64,000 nt of DNA, taken from NCBI RefSeq assembly GCF_003334305.1, contig NZ_QOWS01000025.1. The stretch is one strand, 5' to 3'. The notes under the pieces were generated by a model. The model did no database searches. It was not told the origin of the DNA and saw only the letters and a program-made list of their open reading frames with translations. Every line of letters starts with the position of its first letter. Positions within the stretch are counted from its first letter, which is position 1. This DNA is from Escherichia coli. Lineage in GTDB: Bacteria; Pseudomonadota; Gammaproteobacteria; Enterobacterales; Enterobacteriaceae. Shown here piece by piece: positions 52,374 to 63,923 of the stretch. Position numbers and translations under genes: made by a program.

Positions 52374-52700
52374 TTACTGTTGTTCAGAGGCAATCATCTC
52401 TTCGATTTCTTTGATGATGCCTACAGCGTTTTTAATTGCGTCCTGCAAAGTGATTTCATAAACGTCGCGTGATTCGAAACGTTCGTTATCTTCCGGGGTA
52501 ACTGCCACGGAATGGATGATGATGGTCGCTTCGGCGATATCCTGCGCCGTCAGGCGATTCTGGATGCCGTCCGCGTCCTGGGTTTCAATTTTCACTTCAT
52601 AACCGGCTTCTACCGCCGCTTCTTCCAGCGCCTGAGCGGCCATAAAGGTGTGAGCCAGGCCCATTGGGCAGGCACATAAGGCAATCAGTTTCTTACTCAT
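52374..52700 (-). CDS. fryB: PTS fructose-like IIB component FryB
   Basis: Start at internal Met (MSKKLIALCACPMGLAHTFMAA) carrying the IIB active-site Cys context, giving 108 aa. Confidence 0.88.
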   Translation of the reverse strand: MSKKLIALCACPMGLAHTFMAAQALEEAAVEAGYEVKIETQDADGIQNRLTAQDIAEATIIIHSVAVTPEDNERFESRDVYEITLQDAIKNAVGIIKEIEEMIASEQQ

Positions 52701-52870
52701 CGTTAATTCCTCATTCAGTGATAGTTGACGAGTGAAATTATGAACGTGCAAAACAAATCGCCGTTACCAGACAAATAATGCATTTACTGGAGAATTAATC
52801 CCGCTGTACGGAAGTGTGACGCAGGTCGGCCTTGTGAGGGGACACAAAGAAAAATTGAATTAACTGTATG

Positions 52871-52905
52871 ATTTAAAAGATTATCGGGAGAGTTACCTCC
52901 CGATA
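52871..52905 (-). terminator. putative intrinsic terminator of glk
   Basis: TATCGGGAG-agttac-CTCCCGATA followed on the minus strand by TCTTTTAAAT. Confidence 0.5.
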
Positions 52906-52918
52906 TAACAGGAAGGAT

Positions 52919-53884
52919 TTACAGAATGTGACCTAAGGTCTGGCGTAAATGTGCACCGGAACCGAGAAGACCCGGATTGTTATGGACGATGAGATACACC
53001 GGAATATCATGGACATATTCTTTAAAGCGCCCTTTATCTTCAAATGCGGCACGGAAACCAGAGGCTTTGAAGAACTCAAGGAAGCGCGGCACGATACCGC
53101 CCGCAATAAACACGCCGCCAAATGTCCCGAGATTGAGCGCCAGATTGCCGCCAAAACGGCCCATAATGACGCAAAACAGCGACAATGCGCGGCGGCAATC
53201 GGTGCAGCTGTCAGCCAGCGCGCGTTCGGTAATATCTTTTGGCTTGAGATTTTCTGGCAGGCGGTTGTCAGCTTTCACAATTGCGCGATACAAATTCACC
53301 AGCCCAGGGCCAGAAAGCACGCGCTCCGCCGAAACATGACCAATTTCCGCACGCAATATTTCGAGGATAATGGCCTCTTCTTCACTATTCGGCGCAAAAT
53401 CAACGTGACCGCCTTCGCCCGGCAAGCTTACCCAACGCTTATCGACATGGACCAGATGCGCAACCCCAAGCCCTGTTCCGGCACCGTAAACCGCAATAGG
53501 TTTACCTTCTACCGGTTCTGCGCCACCAAACTGAATCAGATGCTCTTTTTTCAGCATCGGGATCGCCATTGATACAGCGGTAAAATCGTTAATAATTTCC
53601 AGATGGCTAAAACCGAGATTCTTTTTCATTTCGGCAATTGAGAACGCCCAGGTATGGTTGGTCATTGCCACCCAGTCACCGGTAATTGGGCAAGCGATGG
53701 CAATACAGCCGTCTTTCACCTCGACCTTATGTTCTTCAAGATAAACGCGAATGACCGCTTCGAGGCTGGGGTAATCAAGCCCTGAATAGGTCTTAGCCTG
53801 CGAGATTTCACCACTGGCAATATCACACAGAGCAAGACGTGCGTTGGTGCCGCCCACATCACCGACTAATGCATACTTTGTCAT
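52919..53884 (-). CDS. glk: glucokinase
   Basis: 321-aa ORF ([20 protein letters not shown]) with ROK-like ATP-binding N-terminus. Confidence 0.96.
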   Translation of the reverse strand: MTKYALVGDVGGTNARLALCDIASGEISQAKTYSGLDYPSLEAVIRVYLEEHKVEVKDGCIAIACPITGDWVAMTNHTWAFSIAEMKKNLGFSHLEIINDFTAVSMAIPMLKKEHLIQFGGAEPVEGKPIAVYGAGTGLGVAHLVHVDKRWVSLPGEGGHVDFAPNSEEEAIILEILRAEIGHVSAERVLSGPGLVNLYRAIVKADNRLPENLKPKDITERALADSCTDCRRALSLFCVIMGRFGGNLALNLGTFGGVFIAGGIVPRFLEFFKASGFRAAFEDKGRFKEYVHDIPVYLIVHNNPGLLGSGAHLRQTLGHIL

Positions 53885-54087
53885 TCTTCAACTGCTCCGC
53901 TAAAGTCAAAATAATTCTTTCTCACACTGTAAATACCTGGGGGCATAACAACAACGCCGGAAAGGCAGGCTCCCTGTAAATATCGATCTGGGTCACACAA
54001 TTACTTTATCGTTTCAGCACCAATTGCAGCGATGCCTTTTTGCAAGCTGGGCAAACTAAGTATCTGACCCCGCATAAGGAATAGAAC

Positions 54088-55344
54088 ATGCTCCATCCGC
54101 GAGCCAGAACCATGTTGTTATTATCGCTCCCCGCCGTGGCAATTGGGATTGCGTCCAGTCTTATTCTGATTGTGGTGATGAAAATCGCCTCGGCATTACA
54201 GAATTTGCTCTGGCAACGACTGCCGGGAACTCTGGGGATAGCCCAGGATTCACCCCTCTGGATCATCGGTGTATTAACGCTAACGGGTATTGCGGTGGGG
54301 TTGGTTATCCGTTTCAGCCAGGGTCATGCCGGACCAGACCCCGCCTGTGAACCGCTGATCGGCGCACCGGTTCCGCCCTCTGCGCTACCAGGACTTATCG
54401 TAGCATTAATTCTTGGTCTTGCTGGTGGCGTCAGCCTGGGGCCAGAACATCCGATCATGACCGTCAATATCGCCCTTGCGGTTGCCATTGGCGCTCGTCT
54501 GTTACCGCGCGTCAACCGAATGGAGTGGACTATTTTAGCCTCTGCCGGAACCATCGGCGCGCTGTTTGGCACACCTGTTGCGGCGGCGTTGATATTTTCG
54601 CAAACCTTAAATGGCAGTAGTGAAGTTCCGCTATGGGATCGTCTCTTTGCGCCGTTAATGGCGGCAGCAGCTGGTGCACTTACTACCGGATTATTTTTCC
54701 ATCCTCATTTTTCACTGCCCATTGCGCATTACGGACAGATGGAAATGACCGATATTCTCAGCGGTGCAATTGTCGCGGCGATTGCCATCGCAGCAGGGAT
54801 GGTCGCCGTATGGTGCTTACCACGGTTGCACTCAATGATGCATCAAATGAAAAATCCGGTGCTCGTGCTGGGTATTGGCGGATTTATTCTCGGTATTCTG
54901 GGGGTTATTGGTGGACCAGTTTCGCTGTTTAAAGGGCTGGATGAGATGCAGCAGATGGTGGCAAATCAGGCTTTCAGCACCAGCGATTACTTTTTGCTGG
55001 CGGTAATTAAACTTGCCGCCCTGGTCGTTGCTGCCGCCAGTGGCTTTCGCGGTGGGCGAATCTTCCCGGCAGTGTTTGTCGGCGTGGCATTAGGGTTGAT
55101 GCTGCATGAGCACGTTCCCGCCGTACCAGCGGCAATAACCGTTTCTTGCGCTATTCTCGGCATCGTGCTGGTGGTAACACGCGATGGCTGGTTAAGTCTT
55201 TTTATGGCGGCAGTCGTTGTACCCAATACCACATTGCTACCGCTGCTCTGTATCGTCATGCTTCCGGCATGGCTGTTATTAGCAGGTAAGCCGATGATGA
55301 TGGTCAATCGTCCGAAGCAACAGCCACCCCACGATAACGTTTAG
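54088..55344 (+). CDS. yfeO: ClC-family-like putative ion-transport membrane protein YfeO
   Basis: 418-aa polytopic membrane ORF rich in G/A/L helices. Confidence 0.9.
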   Translation: MLHPRARTMLLLSLPAVAIGIASSLILIVVMKIASALQNLLWQRLPGTLGIAQDSPLWIIGVLTLTGIAVGLVIRFSQGHAGPDPACEPLIGAPVPPSALPGLIVALILGLAGGVSLGPEHPIMTVNIALAVAIGARLLPRVNRMEWTILASAGTIGALFGTPVAAALIFSQTLNGSSEVPLWDRLFAPLMAAAAGALTTGLFFHPHFSLPIAHYGQMEMTDILSGAIVAAIAIAAGMVAVWCLPRLHSMMHQMKNPVLVLGIGGFILGILGVIGGPVSLFKGLDEMQQMVANQAFSTSDYFLLAVIKLAALVVAAASGFRGGRIFPAVFVGVALGLMLHEHVPAVPAAITVSCAILGIVLVVTRDGWLSLFMAAVVVPNTTLLPLLCIVMLPAWLLLAGKPMMMVNRPKQQPPHDNV

Positions 55345-55458
55345 CAAAAAATGCTCTCCTTTATGATTTAAGAGTTATGGCGATGATACGGGGCTTTACC
55401 TCCCCGTAATATTGCGTTAACAGGCCGCTGACGGCTTCGATCGTGAAGGAGAATAACA

Positions 55459-55785
55459 ATGTTCAGGTCACTGTTTCTGGCGGCCGCCCTGATGGCATTT
55501 ACCCCGCTTGTAGCAAACGCAGGTGAAATCACCCTACTGCCATCAATCAAATTACAAATTGGCGATCGCGATCATTACGGTAATTACTGGGACGGTGGTC
55601 ACTGGCGCGACCGTGACTACTGGCATCGCAATTATGAATGGCGTAAAAACCGCTGGTGGCGTCATGATAATGGCTATCATCGTGGCTGGGATAAGCGTAA
55701 AGCGTATGAGCGTGGCTATCGTGAAGGCTGGCGCGATCGTGACGATCATCGCGGAAAAGGCCGCGGACATGGACACCGCCATTAA
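55459..55785 (+). CDS. ypeC: secreted DUF2502-family protein YpeC (basic, Trp/Arg/His-rich)
   Basis: 108-aa ORF with signal peptide ([21 protein letters not shown]) followed by a low-complexity W/R/H/D/Y-rich mature region. Confidence 0.8.
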   Translation: MFRSLFLAAALMAFTPLVANAGEITLLPSIKLQIGDRDHYGNYWDGGHWRDRDYWHRNYEWRKNRWWRHDNGYHRGWDKRKAYERGYREGWRDRDDHRGKGRGHGHRH

Positions 55786-55809
55786 ACACATTCGCCAATG
55801 GAGCACAAT

Positions 55810-55845
55810 GCCTGATGCGACGCTAGCGCGTCTTATCAGGCCTAC
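55810..55845. repeat. REP (repetitive extragenic palindrome) element
   Basis: GCCTGATGCGACGCTAGCGCGTCTTATCAGGCCTAC, the classic E. coli REP family sequence, in the ypeC/mntH convergent intergenic region. Confidence 0.5.
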
Positions 55846-55863
55846 AAACCGGCTCTTTAACGC

Positions 55864-55897
55864 GTAGGGCGGATAAGGCATTTACGCCGCATCCGCC
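55864..55897. repeat. second REP element (forms a BIME-like pair with the first; a partial third copy follows to about 55920)
   Basis: GTAGGGCGGATAAGGCATTTACGCCGCATCCGCC, then partial GCCAGATGCGACGCT. Confidence 0.5.
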
Positions 55898-55925
55898 AAT
55901 AGTGCCAGATGCGACGCTCATTCAA

Positions 55926-57173
<1,248 letters not shown>

Positions 57174-57176
57174 CTA

Positions 57177-57198
57177 AAACATAGCCTTTGCTATGTTT
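57177..57198. promoter_or_regulatory. MntR operator (palindrome AAACATAGC-N4-GCTATGTTT)
   Basis: Perfect 9-bp inverted repeat with 4-bp spacer immediately upstream of the mntH ribosome-binding site. Confidence 0.55.
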
Positions 57199-57213
57199 CA
57201 TGCTATGCCAAAC

Positions 57214-57234
57214 GAGAATGATTATCAAATTCAT
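57214..57234. promoter_or_regulatory. Fur box upstream of mntH
   Basis: Minus-strand GATAATCATTCTC matches the Fur consensus core GATAATCATTATC with one mismatch. Confidence 0.5.
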
Positions 57235-57499
57235 TTAAATGGGTTGTGGTGATTTCTCTGATAGACCTGGATTATGACTACGAAAAGATTGATGACTTGA
57301 ATGTTATGGTTATGTTTAATGTTAGCACATTTACATAACTTTCAGCTTCCATACACAACATAGCAGAAATGTATGACAGATCACTATTTTTGAAGCTTGT
57401 CACAGGACGTCATTATAGTGTGTGTCAGATCTCGTTTTCCTTAACCATGTTACATAGAATGTGCACGGAAATTTAACCTGCCTCATATTTGGAGCAAAT

Positions 57500-58702
57500 A
57501 TGGACCGCGTCCTTCATTTTGTACTGGCACTTGCCGTTGTTGCGATTCTCGCACTGCTGGTAAGCAGCGACCGCAAAAAAATTCGTATCCGTTATGTTAT
57601 TCAACTACTTGTTATCGAAGTGTTACTGGCGTGGTTCTTCCTGAACTCCGACGTTGGTTTAGGCTTCGTGAAAGGCTTCTCCGAAATGTTCGAAAAACTG
57701 CTCGGATTTGCCAACGAAGGGACTAACTTCGTCTTTGGTAGCATGAATGATCAAGGCCTGGCATTCTTCTTCCTGAAAGTGCTGTGCCCAATCGTCTTTA
57801 TCTCTGCACTGATCGGTATTCTCCAGCACATTCGCGTGTTGCCGGTGATCATCCGCGCAATTGGTTTCCTGCTCTCCAAAGTCAACGGCATGGGCAAACT
57901 GGAATCCTTTAACGCCGTCAGCTCCCTGATTCTGGGTCAGTCTGAAAACTTTATTGCCTATAAAGATATCCTCGGCAAAATCTCCCGTAATCGTATGTAC
58001 ACCATGGCTGCCACGGCAATGTCCACCGTGTCGATGTCCATCGTTGGTGCATACATGACCATGCTGGAACCGAAATACGTCGTTGCTGCGCTGGTACTGA
58101 ACATGTTCAGCACCTTTATCGTGCTGTCGCTGATCAATCCTTACCGTGTTGATGCCAGTGAAGAAAACATCCAGATGTCCAACCTGCACGAAGGTCAGAG
58201 CTTCTTCGAAATGCTGGGTGAATACATTCTGGCAGGTTTCAAAGTTGCCATTATCGTTGCCGCGATGCTGATCGGCTTTATCGCCCTGATCGCCGCGCTG
58301 AACGCACTGTTTGCCACCGTTACTGGCTGGTTTGGCTACAGCATCTCCTTCCAGGGCATCCTGGGCTACATCTTCTATCCGATTGCATGGGTGATGGGTG
58401 TTCCTTCCAGTGAAGCACTGCAAGTGGGCAGTATCATGGCGACCAAACTGGTTTCCAACGAGTTCGTTGCGATGATGGATCTGCAGAAAATTGCTTCCAC
58501 GCTCTCTCCGCGTGCTGAAGGCATCATCTCTGTGTTCCTGGTTTCCTTCGCTAACTTCTCTTCAATCGGGATTATCGCAGGTGCAGTTAAAGGCCTGAAT
58601 GAAGAGCAAGGTAACGTGGTTTCTCGCTTCGGTCTGAAGCTGGTTTACGGCTCTACCCTGGTGAGTGTGCTGTCTGCGTCAATCGCAGCACTGGTGCTGT
58701 AA
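57500..58702 (+). CDS. nupC: concentrative nucleoside:H+ symporter NupC
   Basis: CNT family; start set at Met [14 protein letters not shown] with GGAG upstream, giving 400 aa. Confidence 0.95.
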
Positions 58703-58711
58703 GACCATACA

Positions 58712-58745
58712 TAAAAAAGCCGGGGATAATTCCCCGGTTTTTTTA
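58712..58745. terminator. bidirectional terminator between convergent nupC and pdeA
   Basis: AAAAAAGCCGGGGA-taat-TCCCCGGTTTTTTTT: GC stem with A-run and T-run on either side. Confidence 0.65.
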
Positions 58746-58751
58746 CGCCTG

Positions 58752-60941
58752 TTAATCAGCTAATGGCTGCGGGCGACCAATCAAATACCCTTGCAGATAT
58801 TGCACCCCGAGCTTATGCAATAGCGCCTGCTGCTGTTGCGTCTCGACAAACTCCGCGACCACACTCAATGACTTCGCTTTCGCCAGATCGGTAATTGATC
58901 TCACAATCATCGCATCCAGCGTGTTCGTGACAATATCTTTCACAAAGACGCCATCAATTTTGATGATATCAGCCTGCAAACGCTTTAACCGTTCGTAGTT
59001 GGCATATCCGGTGCCAAAGTCATCAATCGCAATCCGGAAACCAAACTTATGCAGCTGCTCGATGTTGTACATGCTGCTTTCTGCGTTAGAAAACGCCTGC
59101 TCCTCGGTGATCTCAAGAATGACCGCCTGCGGGGAGATGTGATAACGCTTAAACAGACGAATAATCCGCCCGGCAATATTCTTTTGCAGCAGCGTGAGCG
59201 GCATTAAATTGACTGAAAAGCGCGGTCCTTTTTTGTCGCAAGGGTGTGTTGCCAGCCACTTCAACAAGGATTCCAGCACTTGCAAATCAAAACGCGCGCT
59301 AAGGTTAAACTGAGCAATAAGGGGCAGAAACTTATCCGGGGTCATAATGCCGCCGTCATATTTCAGTCGCGCGAGGATCTCATCATAACCTTCACCCTCT
59401 TTGTTGCGAATTGGCTGGGCGTAGAGCAGCAAATCACCCTGATCTAACGCCGTGCGAATGGTATTCAGCAATAGCACCTGTTTAGTGGTCTGCCCGGAAA
59501 CCATCTCCTCTCTGCTATCCAGCGCCAGCACATGATGATGTGCGCAGGATTGCTCCGCCAGCCAGCTTAACTGCCCCAACAAGGGTTGCAGGGTTTCCTG
59601 ATTTCCATCAAAACGCCCCCAGGCAGCACCATAGCCCATATCCAGCCCGGTATTGTTCCAGTGAATTTGCCGACTATTCAGGATGTTAATCATATGCTGG
59701 AGTCGCCCTTCCGTTTCCGGCCCGCTCAGCACTAACAGCAGTTCACTACCCGGCAATTGATACAACTTTTCGTTTTCCTGCATCAACGGCAGCAGCGTAC
59801 GGCAAATTGAGCGGATACAGTGAACGCGCATCATTAAGCCGTAATGACGACTCATAAACTCAAGATTATCAATGCGCAGGCAGCAAAAACTCTTGCCCGC
59901 CTCTTGTTCCGGCGCTTGTTCCAACGCACGAAAGTTGGGTAGGAGCGTTAACGGATCTGTCAGCGCCTGCAAATGCCAGCGGCGATTAAGCCATTCACTG
60001 CGATGATAAATGCGCACCATATAGAGCAGGCAAACGCTAAAGGAAATCAGCACCGCAAGAATAAATGCCAGCGAATATTCGGTTTCCACCCCTTGCAAAA
60101 AGTTCTGGTTGTAATTCAGCAGGCAAAGCGTTGAAACAGCCCAGGTGAGATTTAAAAACGGATAGCGAAGCTTACCGACCCCGAGGGTAAAGATGATGAA
60201 GAAAACGGGTACCAAGTAACCGGCAATAAAGTCGTTTTCATAAGGTGTGCACAACAGAAGTAGCAGCACGCTTAACGCTGCCAGCCAGCTTAAGGTAAAT
60301 GCGCGTTTCTCTTTGCCCAACGACGGAGCGATATCCCTGCGCCACAATATCTGCGCAAAGTGGGGACTTACAATCATGCGAGTGAGATAGTAGAAAAGCA
60401 TGTTGTAAATCAGCACAGCGGTGAAAAGGCTTAGCAAATCAACGACCGTGAAAATGGCATCCGCATCGCCGAAAAAGGTGGATATCTTTAGCGGGAAATC
60501 AAAGAAGCTCCCCACAAGATACATGCTGCATTTGATGCCGATCGGCGTCACCAAACCAAGCCAGAACAGACGTTGCCAGACATATCGGCTGGTCAATCCA
60601 TAACGCCAACGCGTCCCCAGCTGCCAGCGTAATATTGCGCAGGCACACAACACGACAAACGTCTGGCTACCGAGCATGACCGCAGTCTGTAAAAAAGAGA
60701 GATGAAAGTTCCACAGATTGGTGCAAAACATCCCGCATAAAACGGGAACGACACCGCGCCAGCCAAAGATAAACAAGATTGACAGCATTACGCACAGTGG
60801 CATCCACGCCAGAAAGATATAACTGGAATGGATAATGGCAAGTGGCGAAATAAAACGGGATAGCTGAATAAGTACCACGGTGAGCGTAAACGCTAGTGTG
60901 AATATCTTGATATTTTTTATCAGGTTATGCTCCACAAACAT
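58752..60941 (-). CDS. pdeA: c-di-GMP phosphodiesterase PdeA (YfeA): MASE1 membrane domain, degenerate GGDEF, EAL
   Basis: N-terminal multi-TM MASE1 region and C-terminal EAL domain (EITEEQAF, DDFGTGYANYERLKRL); start at internal Met gives 729 aa. Confidence 0.9.
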   Translation of the reverse strand: MFVEHNLIKNIKIFTLAFTLTVVLIQLSRFISPLAIIHSSYIFLAWMPLCVMLSILFIFGWRGVVPVLCGMFCTNLWNFHLSFLQTAVMLGSQTFVVLCACAILRWQLGTRWRYGLTSRYVWQRLFWLGLVTPIGIKCSMYLVGSFFDFPLKISTFFGDADAIFTVVDLLSLFTAVLIYNMLFYYLTRMIVSPHFAQILWRRDIAPSLGKEKRAFTLSWLAALSVLLLLLCTPYENDFIAGYLVPVFFIIFTLGVGKLRYPFLNLTWAVSTLCLLNYNQNFLQGVETEYSLAFILAVLISFSVCLLYMVRIYHRSEWLNRRWHLQALTDPLTLLPNFRALEQAPEQEAGKSFCCLRIDNLEFMSRHYGLMMRVHCIRSICRTLLPLMQENEKLYQLPGSELLLVLSGPETEGRLQHMINILNSRQIHWNNTGLDMGYGAAWGRFDGNQETLQPLLGQLSWLAEQSCAHHHVLALDSREEMVSGQTTKQVLLLNTIRTALDQGDLLLYAQPIRNKEGEGYDEILARLKYDGGIMTPDKFLPLIAQFNLSARFDLQVLESLLKWLATHPCDKKGPRFSVNLMPLTLLQKNIAGRIIRLFKRYHISPQAVILEITEEQAFSNAESSMYNIEQLHKFGFRIAIDDFGTGYANYERLKRLQADIIKIDGVFVKDIVTNTLDAMIVRSITDLAKAKSLSVVAEFVETQQQQALLHKLGVQYLQGYLIGRPQPLAD

Positions 60942-61148
60942 GAGTACACTACTCTCACTGATCGGGGTTTTCAGGCACACAAATAATAAGTTTATTCGCA
61001 TCGCGAAGCAAACAGGGGCCAGCCTGTTGCCGATTTTTCATCCAATGATGCTTTCACCAGGCGGCGCTAACCCGGACGTAGACTGTATTACAAAAGCGGC
61101 AAAAAGCAGAGACAAAAAACCCCCGCTTTGCAGCGAGGGTTGGAAATT

Positions 61149-61224
<76 letters not shown>

Positions 61225-61256
61225 GTCACGTAAAGCTTGTCGAGTTGACGGGCGGC

Positions 61257-61285
61257 ATCATATGAATTCCGCCCGAATGTGTCAA
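61257..61285 (-). promoter_or_regulatory. putative tRNA-Ala promoter
   Basis: Minus strand reads TTGACA, 17-bp spacer, TATGAT, GC-rich discriminator, about 30 nt upstream of the tRNA 5' end. Confidence 0.5.
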
Positions 61286-61459
61286 CGGCAAATTGCAACG
61301 TGTAGTTTCAATCGCTGAAAAATCAGGCAAATGAACAATTTTGGAAAACCGCTCGCATTCAGTAGTTATTCATGTCACGGTTTCCTGTAAAGTGGTGTTA
61401 TAAAATGAACTACTAATAGACCCACATACATTCAGGGAATTGTTATGTTCAAGGAGAGG

Positions 61460-61804
61460 ATGACACCAGATGAACTTGCCAGACTGACCGGCTATAGCCG
61501 CCAGACCATTAATAAATGGGTACGCAAGGAAGGCTGGACAACGTCACCAAAACCTGGCGTCCAGGGTGGCAAAGCCCGACTGGTGCACGTCAATGAACAG
61601 GTTCGTGAATATATTCGCAATGCTGAACGTCCAGAAGGTCAGGGAGAAGCGCCTGCCCTTTCTGGTGATGCGCCGCTTGAAGTATTGCTGGTGACACTGG
61701 CGAAAGAGATGACGCCAGTTGAACAAAAACAGTTTACATCCTTGCTTCTGCGGGAAGGGATTATCGGATTGTTACAACGCTTAGGGATTCGCGATAGCAA
61801 ATAA
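61460..61804 (+). CDS. yfeC: putative DNA-binding protein YfeC (DUF1323)
   Basis: Start set at Met MTPDELARLTGYSRQTINKWVRKEGW preceded by AAGGAGAGG, giving 114 aa; N-terminal HTH-like segment. Confidence 0.8.
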   Translation: MTPDELARLTGYSRQTINKWVRKEGWTTSPKPGVQGGKARLVHVNEQVREYIRNAERPEGQGEAPALSGDAPLEVLLVTLAKEMTPVEQKQFTSLLLREGIIGLLQRLGIRDSK

Positions 61805-61805
61805 T

Positions 61806-62198
61806 ATGAAAAGATTACGCAACAAAATGACCACCGAAGAACTGGCTGAATGCCTCGGTGTGGCTAAACAAACTGTTAACCGTTGGATCAGAGAAAAAGG
61901 CTGGAAAACGGAAAAATTTCCCGGCGTGAAAGGCGGTCGTGCCAGACTTATTCTGGTCGATACGCAAGTTTGCGAGTTTATTCAGAACACGCCAGCCTTC
62001 CATAACACACCAATGTTGATGGAAGCTGAAGAGAGAATTGCTGAATACGCTCCTGGAGCACGCGCCCCGGCGTATCGACAAATCATCAACGCGATAGATA
62101 ATATGACAGACATTGAGCAGGAAAAAGTCGCGCAATTTTTGTCACGTGAAGGAATTCGCAATTTCCTCGCCCGTCTCGATATTGACGAATCAGCATAA
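61806..62198 (+). CDS. yfeD: putative DNA-binding protein YfeD (DUF1323), paralogue of YfeC
   Basis: 130-aa ORF whose N-terminus (MTTEELAECLGVAKQTVNRWIREKGWKTEKFPGVKGGRARL) parallels YfeC. Confidence 0.8.
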   Translation: MKRLRNKMTTEELAECLGVAKQTVNRWIREKGWKTEKFPGVKGGRARLILVDTQVCEFIQNTPAFHNTPMLMEAEERIAEYAPGARAPAYRQIINAIDNMTDIEQEKVAQFLSREGIRNFLARLDIDESA

Positions 62199-62199
62199 A

Positions 62200-62240
62200 T
62201 AAAAAACGGCAGGATATTATCTCCTGCCGTTTATCTTTTT
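62200..62240. terminator. bidirectional terminator between yfeD and convergent gltX
   Basis: AAAAAACGGCAGGA-tattatc-TCCTGCCGTTTATCTTTTT. Confidence 0.6.
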
Positions 62241-62249
62241 ACACGCTAA

Positions 62250-63665
62250 TTACTGCTGATTTTCGCGTTCAGCAATAAAATCCAGCGCTTTGTTGATACG
62301 CTCGATACTGCGGGTCTTACCAATTGCGTGAACGGTAACATCCAGTGCTGGAGACTGCCCCGCACCGGTTACGGCGACACGCAGCGGCATACCAACTTTA
62401 CCCATACCCACTTCCAGCTCATCCGCCGTCGCCTGAATAGCGTGATGAACGTTTTCAGCGGTCCAGTCAGTAATCGCGGCCAGTTTGTCACGAACCACTT
62501 CCAGCGGCTGACGCGCTACCGGACGCAGATGTTTTTTCGCCGCATCGGCATCGAACTCAGCAAAATCTTCGTAGAAATAACGGCAGCTCTGTGCCATCTC
62601 TTTCAGCGTCTTGCAGCGTTCGCCCAGCAGTTTCACCAGATCAGCCAGCTGCGGGCCGTTACGGGTATCGATATTTTCCTGCTCAATGTGCCACTGTAAG
62701 TGAGTAGCAACATACTCCGGCGGCAGCGCGTTAATGTAGTGATGGTTCAGCCACAGCAGCTTGTCGGTGTTGAACGCACTGGCAGATTTGCTGACGGCAT
62801 TCAAAGTGAAGTATTTGATCATCTCTTCACGAGTGAAGATTTCCTGATCGCCGTGGGACCAGCCCAGACGCACCAGATAGTTCAGCAGTGCTTCTGGCAA
62901 ATAACCGTCATCACGATACTGCATTACGCTGACTGCCCCGTGACGTTTGGACAGTTTTTTACCGTCATCGCCATTGATCATAGAAACGTGCGCGTAAACC
63001 GGCACCGGCGCTTTCAGGGCCTTAAGAATGTTGATCTGGCGCGGCGTGTTGTTGATATGGTCTTCGCCACGGATAACGTGGGTGATTTCCATATCCCAGT
63101 CATCGACAACCACACAGAAGTTATAGGTTGGGGAACCATCGGTACGGCGGATAATCAGATCATCCAGCTCCTGGTTGCTGAACTCGATCGGACCACGGAT
63201 CTGATCGTCAAAAACAACAGAACCTTCCTGCGGATTAGCAAAACGCACGACACACGGTTCATCATCAGCATGATGCTCATGGCTGTGGCGGCAGCGACCG
63301 TCATAACGCGGCTTCTCACCTTTCGCCATTTGCTCTTCGCGCAGCGCTTCCAGGCGCTCTTTAGAGCAATAGCATTTATAAGCAGTGCCCTCTTCCAGCA
63401 TCTGATCGATCACCGCATTGTAGCGATCAAAACGTTTGGTCTGGTAGTACGGACCTTCATCCCACTCCAGGCTCAGCCAGTTCATGCCATCCATAATGGC
63501 TTCGATAGCTTCCGGCGTGGAACGCTCAAGATCGGTGTCTTCAATACGCAGCACGAACTCACCGCCGTGGTTACGTGCAAAAAGCCAGGAGTAAAGAGCA
63601 GTACGCGCGCCGCCAACGTGCAGATAGCCTGTTGGGCTTGGCGCGAAGCGAGTTTTGATTTTCAT
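62250..63665 (-). CDS. gltX: glutamyl-tRNA synthetase
   Basis: 471-aa class I aaRS with HVGG-type motif ([19 protein letters not shown]) and KMSKS-type motif (KLSKR). Confidence 0.97.
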
Positions 63666-63878
63666 GAAATGGCCTTACGTTTAGAAAGATGCCGACAACC
63701 GGCAAATCCTGGAAAAATTGAGTGGGCGATATTCTATCACTCCCGCCTGATTCCTCAATGTAGTTCGGGTTGCAACCTTACGCATTATTGTTTTCGTTGA
63801 CAAATTGCGCAACACGGTCTGTTTTGCGATCATCTTGCTTAAATTTACGACGAACGAACAATTTCTTTAGAAAATGCG

Positions 63879-63906
63879 TTGACTCATTTTGAACTCTCCC
63901 TATAAT
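63879..63906 (+). promoter_or_regulatory. putative valU operon promoter
   Basis: TTGACT, 16-bp spacer, TATAAT, about 17 nt upstream of the tRNA-Val 5' end. Confidence 0.55.
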
Positions 63907-63923
63907 GCGACTCCACACAGCGG

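Noticed and set aside
52949-53572. 207-aa ORF antisense to glk
   Set aside because: Shadow ORF within glucokinase; no independent support.
57659-58423. 254-aa ORF antisense to nupC
   Set aside because: Fully contained in nupC on the opposite strand; His/Gly/Asp-rich low-complexity translation without start context.
62700-63800. 366-aa ORF antisense to gltX
   Set aside because: Long antisense frame inside glutamyl-tRNA synthetase; no RBS or motifs, and gltX is unambiguous.
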